Origin: Coleofasciculus sp. B1-GNL1-01
Lineage (GTDB): Bacteria; Cyanobacteriota; Cyanobacteriia; Cyanobacteriales; Coleofasciculaceae
Reading direction: 5' to 3' (one strand)
Assembly (NCBI GenBank): GCA_040220235.1
Contig: JAVJTO010000095.1
DNA length: 64,000 bases
The position numbers and the translations under genes were made by a program. Under the pieces are notes generated by a model, which saw only the letters and a program-made list of their open reading frames with translations, did no database searches and was not told where the DNA came from. Shown one piece after another: positions 49,713 through 59,500 of this stretch. Position 1 is the first letter of the stretch; each line of letters begins with the position of its first letter.

Positions 49713-51053
49713 TTACACGCCCATGGGGAAGGTTTCGGGTGCTTCACCTCGATCCCATTGAGGAGTGCGTTCTAAGGGTTCAACAGCGCGAGTCTCGTCA
49801 AAATGGATAATCGCATCAAACTGTTCCGGTAATCGCGCCTGGAAATAATGGCTGACGCGCTCGGTTTGGGGCAGATAAATCACACCGATCGCACGTTCTA
49901 AACGCGGCTTGTGTAAGCCTTGCACGGCGGGGTTTTGCTCCTGTAAGTTTAGCCAAAAGTTCGGCTGTCCCGTCTGATGAAACAAGGCTTCATAACTTTC
50001 CGGTAATGCCCGACGCACTTGCTTGCGTTCTGCTGATGCACCCCAGTTGGATGCAGCGGTAACGGTTCCGGTGTAGGTACTAAAGCCAATCAGGAAGGCA
50101 TCATCCTGGTATTGCTGACGCACCAGTTGACCGACATTCAGTTCCCCCGCCGCGCCCATATCAGTGGCTCTAGCGTCGCCGAGGTGGGAGTTATGTTCCC
50201 AAACCACAACCTTCGTGGGTTGACCCTGTTGCTCAAAGTGAGTCACTAATTGGTTGAGGGTTTCCGCCATGTGGCGATCGCGTAAATTCCAGGAGGAAAT
50301 TCGACCCCGAAACATGGAACGATAGTATTCTTCGGCATTCTTAATCAGTCTGGCATTCTGTTCGGCATAGAAGAACTCATCTTCAGGAATCCGCCCATCT
50401 CGTTGGGCATAATCCGCCGCACGGCGTCGTAAATCCACCAGTTGATCGACTACCTCATCTTCACAGGGTTGATTCATGCCAATGCTGGTGGCGTATCCAT
50501 AGGTTTGGGTATCTTCGCCAAAGTGATCGAAACAGGAGTAACGGTAACGCGCATGGGCGGCGGCTTCTGGATCAATGGTCTCCAGATACTTGAGAACGGC
50601 TTCGATTGAGGTATAGAGGCTGTAGAGATCTAACCCATAAAACCCGGCTTTCGTGGCATCCTGCGGTAAGGCGTCATTGTACTCTCGCAGCCAACCGACA
50701 AAATTTAATACATCGGCGTTGCGCCACATCCAAGTGGGGAAGCGTTGGAAATCTGCCAAGGCGTGGATACTGTCCGGATCATCACTAACACCTCGAACGT
50801 AGCGATTAATCCGATAAGCATCGGGCCAATCGGCTTCAACGGCGACGGCGGTGAATCCTTTTTCTTGAATGAGCCGTTTGGTGATTTCTGCCCGTTGTTG
50901 ATAGAATTCGTGGGTGCCGTGGGAGGCTTCGCCGATGAGGACAAAACGAGCATCTCCGATTTGATCGAGTAGGGCATCATAGTCGGATGATGTCCCGGAA
51001 ATAGGATGTGCGGCTTGACGTACAGCATCGGTAAGTTTAGTTTTTGTAGGCAT
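49713..51053 (-). CDS. Erythromycin-esterase-family protein
   Basis: IGEASHGTHEFY, AVEADWPD, WNLRD.HM and WEHNSHLGDA; probable start MPTKTK, since the ORF-track extension is REP-derived. Confidence 0.92.
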   Translation of the reverse strand: MPTKTKLTDAVRQAAHPISGTSSDYDALLDQIGDARFVLIGEASHGTHEFYQQRAEITKRLIQEKGFTAVAVEADWPDAYRINRYVRGVSDDPDSIHALADFQRFPTWMWRNADVLNFVGWLREYNDALPQDATKAGFYGLDLYSLYTSIEAVLKYLETIDPEAAAHARYRYSCFDHFGEDTQTYGYATSIGMNQPCEDEVVDQLVDLRRRAADYAQRDGRIPEDEFFYAEQNARLIKNAEEYYRSMFRGRISSWNLRDRHMAETLNQLVTHFEQQGQPTKVVVWEHNSHLGDARATDMGAAGELNVGQLVRQQYQDDAFLIGFSTYTGTVTAASNWGASAERKQVRRALPESYEALFHQTGQPNFWLNLQEQNPAVQGLHKPRLERAIGVIYLPQTERVSHYFQARLPEQFDAIIHFDETRAVEPLERTPQWDRGEAPETFPMGV

Positions 51054-51145
51054 GATAATTTTATAATCTATAACGTCTGAGCAATTGATCGGATTTTGTG
51101 GATCACGTATTTGTAGGTTGGGTTGAGGTACGAAACCCAACGATT

Positions 51146-51376
51146 GTGAGGCAGGGCGGGTTTTGTTGTTCCGTTATTGGTGAGACAGGGCGGGTTTTGT
51201 TGTTCCCTTATTGGTGAGACAGGGCGGGTTTTGTTGTTCCCTTATTGGTGGGTAAGGGCGGGTTTTGTTGTTCCCTTATTGGTGGGTAAGGGCGGGTTTT
51301 GTTGTTCCCTTATTGGTAGAATATCTAATTTAGTCCCTAAACCCGCCCCTACAATGTCCCTAAACCCGCCCCTACA
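51146..51376. repeat. 5 x 34-bp tandem repeat followed by 2-3 copies of the complementary REP arm
   Basis: GTGRGNNAGGGCGGGTTTTGTTGTTCCCTTATTG five times without spacers, then TCCCTAAACCCGCCCCTACAA twice plus a partial copy. Confidence 0.93.
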
Positions 51377-51456
51377 ATTGTCCCTAAACCCTTACATAAT
51401 GACGAATGACGAATGACGAATGACGAATGACGATCCCTTTAATTGTCCCCACCTAC

Positions 51457-52113
51457 TTATGCTCTAGCTGGTTGTTGACTGGCTGCACGCTGCATCAAGT
51501 CACGTACTTCTTGGTCGGTGGTTTGGTCAAATTTGTCGTACCACAAACCGACGGCGTAGAACGGTTGGGGCGTTTCACTACAGATGATTTTGTCTACCTT
51601 GATTTTAAACTCCTGGCAGGTTTCGGGGGCGGCAACGGGGACAGCGGCAACGATTTCCTTGGGGTCATGCTGTCGCAAGGCAACGGCAGCGGCGTGCATT
51701 GATGCCCCTGTCGCTAAACCGTCATCTACTAAAAGTACGGTGCGATCGCGCAATTCCAGAGGCGGAAGATCCCCTCGGTAAGCTTTTTCCCGCCGTTCTA
51801 ATTCTTGTTGCTCTTTGGCTGCTACTTTGTCGATCGCTTGCTTGGATACATCCAGCGATCGCACCACGTCTTTGTTTAATATGCGCGTATCACCACTGGC
51901 GATCGCACCCATGGCTAATTCTTCGTGACCCGGTGCGCCTAATTTGCGAACCAGCCACACATCTAGAGGCGCATTGAGTCCTCTCGCTACTTCATACGCC
52001 ACTGGTACACCTCCACGGGGTAATCCCAAGACAATCACATCGGGGCGGTTGGCATACTCTTTCAGGTCGCTGGTGAGTCTTTGACCTGCTTCTTTTCTAG
52101 TTTTGAAAATCAT
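51457..52113 (-). CDS. Phosphoribosyltransferase-family protein
   Basis: LGLPRGGVPV, VRKLG.PG.EELAMGA and VLLVDDGLATG PRPP-binding loop. Confidence 0.93.
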   Translation of the reverse strand: MIFKTRKEAGQRLTSDLKEYANRPDVIVLGLPRGGVPVAYEVARGLNAPLDVWLVRKLGAPGHEELAMGAIASGDTRILNKDVVRSLDVSKQAIDKVAAKEQQELERREKAYRGDLPPLELRDRTVLLVDDGLATGASMHAAAVALRQHDPKEIVAAVPVAAPETCQEFKIKVDKIICSETPQPFYAVGLWYDKFDQTTDQEVRDLMQRAASQQPARA

Positions 52114-52294
52114 AATTATCCTAAGTTGTCAACAAAGTTTAGATCCCTAATTTCAGTCAGGGAATATAAGTGGATTAAGTCAGGTGAGGACGGTAATAGA
52201 CGGTTTAACTATAGGTTTAAGCTTCTATTAGATTAGATCGCTAGGTGCCAGAAATTCGTCAACCTACAGATAGATACCTGAACCACTCAAAACC

Positions 52295-54898
52295 CTAGCT
52301 GATTTCTTTCGCCAGATCCATGCCATTTAAGGGGATTTCTCTTGGCTGTTGCGATCGCGGGTTGATCGGCATCTCGATGATGAACGTTGTCCCTTCTCCT
52401 GGAGTGGACAGGCAACTGAGTTGTCCCTGGTGTTTCTCAACGATAATTTGGTAGCAAATTGATAAGCCCAAACCTGTACCACTGCCCACAGGTTTTGTGG
52501 TAAAAAATGGATCAAAGATTTGCGGTTGCACTTCCTCAGAAATGCCGATTCCATTGTCAGTAATGCGGATGATCACAACGTCGGTCTGCTGGTTTCCATT
52601 GTTTGGGGGGGGTTGTCGGTGAGCATCAGCGACTTCGGTGCTGATCGTAATTATTCCAGGTGACGAGCGACTTTCTATGGCATCGAGAGCATTAACAAGT
52701 ATATTCATAAACACCTGATTTAATTGATTGGCATAACAAGTCACTTGGGGGAGTTGACTATACTCTTTAATCACCTGAATTTCCTGCCGATTTCCGGGGC
52801 TTTTGAGGCGATGCTGTAAAATGAACAGCGTACTGTCTATCCCTTGATGAATATCCACCGACTTCAGGTCAGCTTCATCGAGTCGAGAAAAGTTCTTTAG
52901 GGAAAGAATAATCTGATGAATTCGCTCTGCCCCTTCGTGGATAGAATTGAGCAGTTTATGCCAATCTTCCTGGATAAACTGTAAATCAATGGCTTCCGCT
53001 ATATCTTGAATAGATGAAGGGGGATTAGGATAAGTTTCGTAATAGATATTAATTAGCCGCAGCAAATCATTAAAGTATTGACGACCAATGGTGAGATTGC
53101 CCAAAATAAAAGAAACGGGATTATTAATTTCGTGAGTTATTCCCGCAATCATTTGCCCCAGACTGGACATTTTTGCCGTTTGTACAAGCTGGGATTGGGT
53201 GCGTTTTAATTCTTCGAGCGTGCGTTGGAGTTGATGCGCTCGTTCTCGTTCGCGTGCTTCCGATTGTCGCAGGGCGGTTTCGGCTTTTTTGCGTTGGGTG
53301 ATATCTAAGGCGGTGCCGAAGAGTTTAATTACCTGATAATGTTGATCAAAAATGGGTTCAATTCTCACCTCAAGATGCCGAACGCTTGTGCGATTCTTGG
53401 GTAAAATTTGAAACTCTAATTCGTAGCAGAGTCCTTGAGCAATGGCTTCCTTGACTGTTTGCTCAAATTCCGAGCAGTCATCGGGATGAATGAAGTCTAG
53501 GAGTTGTTGATAGGTGGGTTCCGTTTGATTGGGTTCCAAACCAAAAATGCGAAACAGTTCCGCTGACCAAATAATTTGATTCGTGATTACATCAAATTCC
53601 CAATTGCCAATATGAGCAATTCGTTGAGCTTGAGCCAGATTTTCTTCTGAGAGGCGCAGTTTTTCTTCCGCCTGCTTGCGCGTGGTAATATCAATGCCAA
53701 AGGATTGAACTTCTAGAATTTGTCCTTCTGTATTCCGAATCGGTTGATCTGTCCATTTAAACCAATGGAGTTCCCCCTGATCAGAAATCATGATATGTTC
53801 GGAGGTTTCTGGACATTCGTGGTTGACGAGGGATTTGGCAAAATCCCTGATTTGGTCTTGAATAAAATCAGGCAGTAAATCTACATATTTAGTACCAATC
53901 AGTTCAGTTTGAGATTTAGCAAAAAAACGACAGTAAGACTGATTGACAAACGTGAGGGTGGTATCCGGTTTCCAGCGACAGACGAGGACTTGTTCCTGAA
54001 ATTCTACCAGTTCTCGATAGCGGATTTCGCTTAAACGCAATGCCTCTTGTGCTTGTTGACGTTCTGTGATATCACTGGCTGTACCTGTTACACCGACAAC
54101 CTGACCCTGGTCATCAACTACTGCGATCGCGTTGAGTAATAATTGAATGGGTTCCCCAGCTTTAGTGAGATGGGTGGTTTCATATTGGAACACCGATTGT
54201 CCCTGAAGTAAACGCTCAAAAAGATTGACATCCGCTTCCAGACGTTCCGGTGACAGAAACTCGGTAAACGAACGTCCCAGCATTTCCTCTGGAGAGTAGC
54301 CATAAAGGTGGTGTACAATCGGATTAACAAAGGTGTAAGTTCCATCCCGATTAATCGACCAAATCAAGTCTTGTGACGCTTCAACCAGATGGCGATATTT
54401 TTTTTCACTCTCACTCAGGGCAATTTCTACCTGCTGACGTTCCTGAATTTCTTGTTGCAGTTGGATATTTTGTTCGGTTAGCTGCTTTTGTAACCGTTGC
54501 AGACGCAATTGACTCTCCACCCGCGCTAAAACTTCTTGCACTTGAAACGGTTTAGTAATATAATCGACGCCACCAACCTCAAAGGCTTTCACCTTATCAA
54601 AGGTTTCATTCAACCCACTTAAAAAAATGACTGGAATATTCTGGGTTTTCGGAGAAGCTTTCAACTGTTGGCAAACTTGATAGCCATCCATATCCGGCAT
54701 GACAATATCCAGTAAAATTAAATCGGGGGGATTGTTCGCAATAGATTTCAGCGCCAGTCTACCAGTGGGAATGATCCGGATTTTGTACCCTTGTTCGCTT
54801 AACATCTCGGTTAACAGGTGCAAATTCTCCGGGGTATCATCAATCGTTAGTATTGTCCCTTTGTACAGAGGAATTGACTCCAGCGTCATCGTCTTCAT
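52295..54898 (-). CDS. REC-PASx3 histidine kinase
   Basis: IDDTPEN, LLDIVMP and YITKPF; three PAS/PAC domains; THEINNP; DPFFTTK; GTGLGL. Confidence 0.93.
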   Translation of the reverse strand: MKTMTLESIPLYKGTILTIDDTPENLHLLTEMLSEQGYKIRIIPTGRLALKSIANNPPDLILLDIVMPDMDGYQVCQQLKASPKTQNIPVIFLSGLNETFDKVKAFEVGGVDYITKPFQVQEVLARVESQLRLQRLQKQLTEQNIQLQQEIQERQQVEIALSESEKKYRHLVEASQDLIWSINRDGTYTFVNPIVHHLYGYSPEEMLGRSFTEFLSPERLEADVNLFERLLQGQSVFQYETTHLTKAGEPIQLLLNAIAVVDDQGQVVGVTGTASDITERQQAQEALRLSEIRYRELVEFQEQVLVCRWKPDTTLTFVNQSYCRFFAKSQTELIGTKYVDLLPDFIQDQIRDFAKSLVNHECPETSEHIMISDQGELHWFKWTDQPIRNTEGQILEVQSFGIDITTRKQAEEKLRLSEENLAQAQRIAHIGNWEFDVITNQIIWSAELFRIFGLEPNQTEPTYQQLLDFIHPDDCSEFEQTVKEAIAQGLCYELEFQILPKNRTSVRHLEVRIEPIFDQHYQVIKLFGTALDITQRKKAETALRQSEARERERAHQLQRTLEELKRTQSQLVQTAKMSSLGQMIAGITHEINNPVSFILGNLTIGRQYFNDLLRLINIYYETYPNPPSSIQDIAEAIDLQFIQEDWHKLLNSIHEGAERIHQIILSLKNFSRLDEADLKSVDIHQGIDSTLFILQHRLKSPGNRQEIQVIKEYSQLPQVTCYANQLNQVFMNILVNALDAIESRSSPGIITISTEVADAHRQPPPNNGNQQTDVVIIRITDNGIGISEEVQPQIFDPFFTTKPVGSGTGLGLSICYQIIVEKHQGQLSCLSTPGEGTTFIIEMPINPRSQQPREIPLNGMDLAKEIS

Positions 54899-56345
54899 CA
54901 GTAGGTGGTTTGGTCAAGGCTAATAGGTACTCGAATTGAAATTCATGAGTTAAAGTACAGAGAGAATTGGCTAAGGATTCACCGCGATCGCGAATTTCCT
55001 CAATCAGGCTCAACATCTTATCAAAATCCCCTTCAATTGTGGCTTGATGGAGCGATATTCGCCACTCCCTCGGTAAATCAGCCAAATCCGTTGGCGTCAA
55101 GGTAATGGTTATCGGGGATTCGGGACTCTTGGGTAGCATGTCAGACAGCTCAAAATTTGCAGTATCCCCAATGTGAGTAGACTGGCTTTTGGTTAATTCC
55201 AACAGGTTTTCCAGCAGTTCGAGCAAATGCTTACCCGCACTATAGATAATCCCTACATTTTTCTGATCCTCGGATGAGAGGGATTTAGAATGGTTCATCA
55301 GTTGAGCAAACCCGAGAATCGCATGGAGTGGTGTTCTAAATTCATGGTTTAAATTAGCTAAGAAGGCACGTTTAACTTGGTTAGCGGCGGCGGCTTCGTC
55401 TTTGACTTGTTGCAGTTGTGCTTCTAACTTGGCATATTGGCTGAGGTTTTGCTGCAATTGCTCATTGATTTGACTTAACTCCTGGGTTCGCTCATCCACT
55501 TGTTGACGCAAAAGTTCAACGGTGGCATACATTTCTATGGGATTCAGCGCTTCTAGGATCGTACTTTGGGTAATGATTCCGGCGAGTCTTCCCGCTTCGT
55601 CTACAACCACTAAACGACGAATTTTATGGCGTTTCATCATTTCATTCGCCAGCATCATTGAATCATCGATTTTAATCGGAAGCAGTGGGGTACTCATCAC
55701 GGTTTCCGCCGACGTTATCGCGAAATTAATCCCCATTTTTTGGGACTGAATAATATCGCGTTCGGTAATAATTCCCTGGGGAATAATATCTGCGTTATTT
55801 TGGGTTTCAGTAATCACGATGCAGCTTTTTTTATGGGTCACCATTTGCTGAGTAATTTCTAGCAGGGATGCCGTGACAGAATTCTGAATCACCTGAGACG
55901 TCATCACATCTCCCACTCGTTTAAACTTTAATAAGTCAGTCGGTTGAACAACCTCTCGAATGGTTTTAGGCGTAATCACTCCAATAATTTCACCCCCTTT
56001 ATCGATGACAGGTAAATGACGAATATGATGCTGGCGTAGCAGGTGAAGAATGGCAAAAATGCCTTGATCTTGGTCAACGGAAACGGTAATCGGATCAGGC
56101 GTCATCACCGATTGAATGCTTAAATTTTCCAGGGATAGCTGATGGGCAGCGATGCCGACAAAATCCCGTTCTGTGAAAATACCCACTAACCGTTTTTCTT
56201 TGACGACTAATGCATAACTACTCTGGTGTTCATTAAGCCAATTAATAACCGTTGTTACCCGAATCTGGGGAGTAACAATTAGGGGATGGCGATCAATAGA
56301 TTTTGATTGCGATAATTGTTCCAAGAGAGGACTGCAAGATAACAT
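54840..56345 (-). CDS. CBSx4-HisKA protein lacking the HATPase domain
   Basis: Two CBS pairs (GIFTERD, GIITERD); LNHEFRTPLHAILG; no N/G boxes; C-terminal helical tail shared with the upstream kinase. Confidence 0.85.
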   Translation of the reverse strand: MLSCSPLLEQLSQSKSIDRHPLIVTPQIRVTTVINWLNEHQSSYALVVKEKRLVGIFTERDFVGIAAHQLSLENLSIQSVMTPDPITVSVDQDQGIFAILHLLRQHHIRHLPVIDKGGEIIGVITPKTIREVVQPTDLLKFKRVGDVMTSQVIQNSVTASLLEITQQMVTHKKSCIVITETQNNADIIPQGIITERDIIQSQKMGINFAITSAETVMSTPLLPIKIDDSMMLANEMMKRHKIRRLVVVDEAGRLAGIITQSTILEALNPIEMYATVELLRQQVDERTQELSQINEQLQQNLSQYAKLEAQLQQVKDEAAAANQVKRAFLANLNHEFRTPLHAILGFAQLMNHSKSLSSEDQKNVGIIYSAGKHLLELLENLLELTKSQSTHIGDTANFELSDMLPKSPESPITITLTPTDLADLPREWRISLHQATIEGDFDKMLSLIEEIRDRGESLANSLCTLTHEFQFEYLLALTKPPTDEDDDAGVNSSVQRDNTND

Positions 56346-56559
56346 TTTTAGGTTTTCAAAACTTAATGAGATTAGTTAGTATAATGATACTTGATGTTTG
56401 GCAAGGCTTGTAGTTTGTTTGTCCCTCTTGTATCTATCTCCTTGTTTTTTGGGAGTCCCTTGAGTTGTACAATTCAAATAGACCGACTATATAACCTGTC
56501 GCTCAGTCAAGGTATTAGGTTGGGAGTTGTTCACGACTGATTTAGACGAGATCAGGGTT

Positions 56560-59500
56560 TCACATTTCATTATTATTGCATAATTCAGACTCCCTACTTA
56601 TCCAAGGTTCGGTGATATCGAGTAATCGTTCAAACTGGAAATCATGAGCCAAGTCGGTTAGAGTCTTGGCTAAGATTTTATCCTGATCCTGGATTTGACG
56701 GATTAAGCTTAACATCTCCTCAAAATCTCCTTCCAGAGTAGCTTGGTAAAATGATGACAGCCAATCCGTAGGTAGGATAGCCAAATCATCAGAGGTTAAG
56801 GTGATTGTCTCCGGTGGCGCAGGAGTTTCCTCTAGTTCATCATAGATAAAGCTGACTCCCAGATGTTGGGTTATGGCTGCCAACAAATCAGATTCGTGAA
56901 ACGGCTTAGTGATGAAATCCGCGCAACCCACCTCTAAGGCTTTTAACCGTTCTTCTTCTATTACACTAGCACTTAGGGCAATGATTATTGGTGATGTAGA
57001 GACGCGCCATGGCGCGTCTCTACACTGTCGAATGTGTTGGGTAACAGCGTAGCCATCCATTCTCGGCATTCGCAAATCCATTAAAATTAAATCAGGTTGC
57101 CAATTCTGCCAAATCTCAATCGCCTCTTCACCATTACTCGCCTCTTGGAGTTCAAACCCCAAGGGATTCAGCAGTTGCATTAATAGTTGACGGTTTTCCC
57201 CTTGATCATCCACAATTAAAATTCGATAGTGGGGTTGATTTGGGGCAAGGGCAATAACGCGACGTGAAGTCGTTTGAGGTGTGCTAGAAGTCACCTGGGT
57301 TTCCTTTGCCTGAATATCAAACGTAAAGGTTGTTCCCTGGCTAACTTGGCTTTCAACTGTGATTTCCCCACCCATCAGTTGGATAAACTTGCGCGTAATC
57401 GGCAATCCTAAACCCGTTCCACTCTGGGATTGTACTCCGCTTTGGCTTTGCACAAACGCTTCAAAAATACTCTCTAATTCATCCGCCGCAATACCGCATC
57501 CGGTATCTTTAATTTCAAAATAAAGCGTCATTCGTCCGTCGTCATTTGTCCGTTGTTGTGCAACATTCATAACCACACTCCCGGTTGAGGTAAATTTAAC
57601 CGCATTACTCAGGAGATTAATTAAGACTTGACGTAACTTAATTTCATCGGTTTGGATTGTCGGAGGAACATCCGCCGCCCAGTTAAACCGTAATTGTAAC
57701 CCTTTCTCATTTACTTTGAGTCGAAACATATCTTCAACTTCACGCAAAAGATGATGCAGGTTAAACGTAGTTTCATTCAAAGTAATACGTCCCGCCTCAA
57801 TTTTGGATAAATCTAAAACTTGGTTAATTAGCGTCAGTAAATGTTCTCCACTATGGTGAATAATCCGTAGATTGTCTTGGTATTGGCGGGGAAGAGTGAC
57901 ACTATTGCTCATCAGTTGAGCAAATCCCAAAATGGCATTGAGAGGACTTCGCAATTCATGACTCATATTTGCCAGGAATGTGCTTTTTGCCCGATTCGCA
58001 GCATCGGCGGCTTCTTTTGCCTCTTGTAAGGCAATTTCAGCTAACTTGCGTTCGGTAATATCGGTATTCGTGCCAATCATGCGGATACCCTTCCCTTGGA
58101 CATCTCGGATGGCTTGTCCCCGGACGACAATCCAACGAATTGAACCGTCTTTGTGCATTATCCGATGTTCAACCCGGTACTCTGAGGTTTCTCCGGCTAA
58201 ATGTGCCTGGGTTGCGGCTAGTAATGTGGACTGATCATCGGGATGAATCAAGATAATCCAATCGTTAAAATTATTAGCAATTTCTGTTTCTGTGTAACCG
58301 AGAATTGCTTGAATTGTGGGGTCAATATAAAATTCATTCGTCTCTACATTCCATTCCCAAACCCCTACCTTTGCCGCACGAGTAGCTAACTCATAGCGCT
58401 GTTCACTCTCTTGTAAGGCGGCTTCCATCTGTTGGCGTTCAGTGATGTCTGTGGCGGTACCGAGAAGCTGGGTAACCCTACCGTCAGCGGTTCTAGCAAA
58501 GGGAGTTTCTCGACCCAAAAGTGTGCGCCATTCTCCATTGGCATCTCTGACGCGGTACTCGATTTCAAAGATTTCTTCATCCGCCGCGTTTTGGACTTGT
58601 TGAAAATAGGCGGGTAATCGGGCTAAATCCTCTGGATGAATCAGAGTTGGCAGGACATTTGCACCCATAGCTTGAATTTGTTCTGTAGTATAGCCCAAAA
58701 ACACTGCTATCTCCCGGTTGGTGTAGATATTGCGTTGTTCATTCAGGTCAAAAATATATAAAAGATTGGGAGAGGCTTCTGCAATTCGTTGCACAAAATG
58801 CTGACTTTCCCGTAGTGCAGCTTCGGCTTGCTTGCGTTCAGTAATATCGCGAACAATGCCAATTCTTTCTCCTCCGGGTAATAATGTAACCGAGACTTCA
58901 TGGGGAAATGTGCTACCATCACGGCGTAAACCTTGGGCTTCGGTGCGGCAATATCCCTGCTCTAACAATAAGGGTATAGATTCCGCCAGCAGCCGTTGAT
59001 ATTCGCTAATATCGTACAGCGTCTGCCAATTTTGACCGAGGAGTTGGGCAGCACTATCATAACCAAATATTTGGGCGTATGCTTGGTTAAGAGAGACATA
59101 TTCTCCCTGCTGATTCATAATTGCAATCCCATCGGTAGCGGCTGACATCGCGGCGGCTTGCAACTGTAAGGTTTTCTCAACCTGTTTGCGATCGCTAATA
59201 TTAAAGCTAGTACCAATCAGTCGATAAATTCGCGAGTTGCTATCCCGTAGAGGGGTTAAATTGGTAATCCACCAGGTTTCTTGTTCTTGAATCTGTAGGC
59301 ATTCTTCATAACTCATTCGTTCCCCGGCTGCAACACAGGCATGATACCGTTGAGACACCGCCTGTGCCGTTTCTGGAGTTAATGCTTCTTGCGGAGTCTT
59401 ACCGCTTAGTTCTGAGGAGAGAAGACCAGACATCCGTTCATGGGTGGGATTAATACTAACATAACAGAATTCGCCATTTTCGAGAACATCCACGATAAAA

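Noticed and set aside
49713..51053. Macrolide resistance gene
   Set aside because: The family name alone does not imply EreA/EreB activity; the chromosomal PRTase-linked context points to the uncharacterised subgroup.
51146..51315. Possible CRISPR array
   Set aside because: The 34-bp units are contiguous with no unique spacers, no cas genes are present, and the unit is one arm of a REP.
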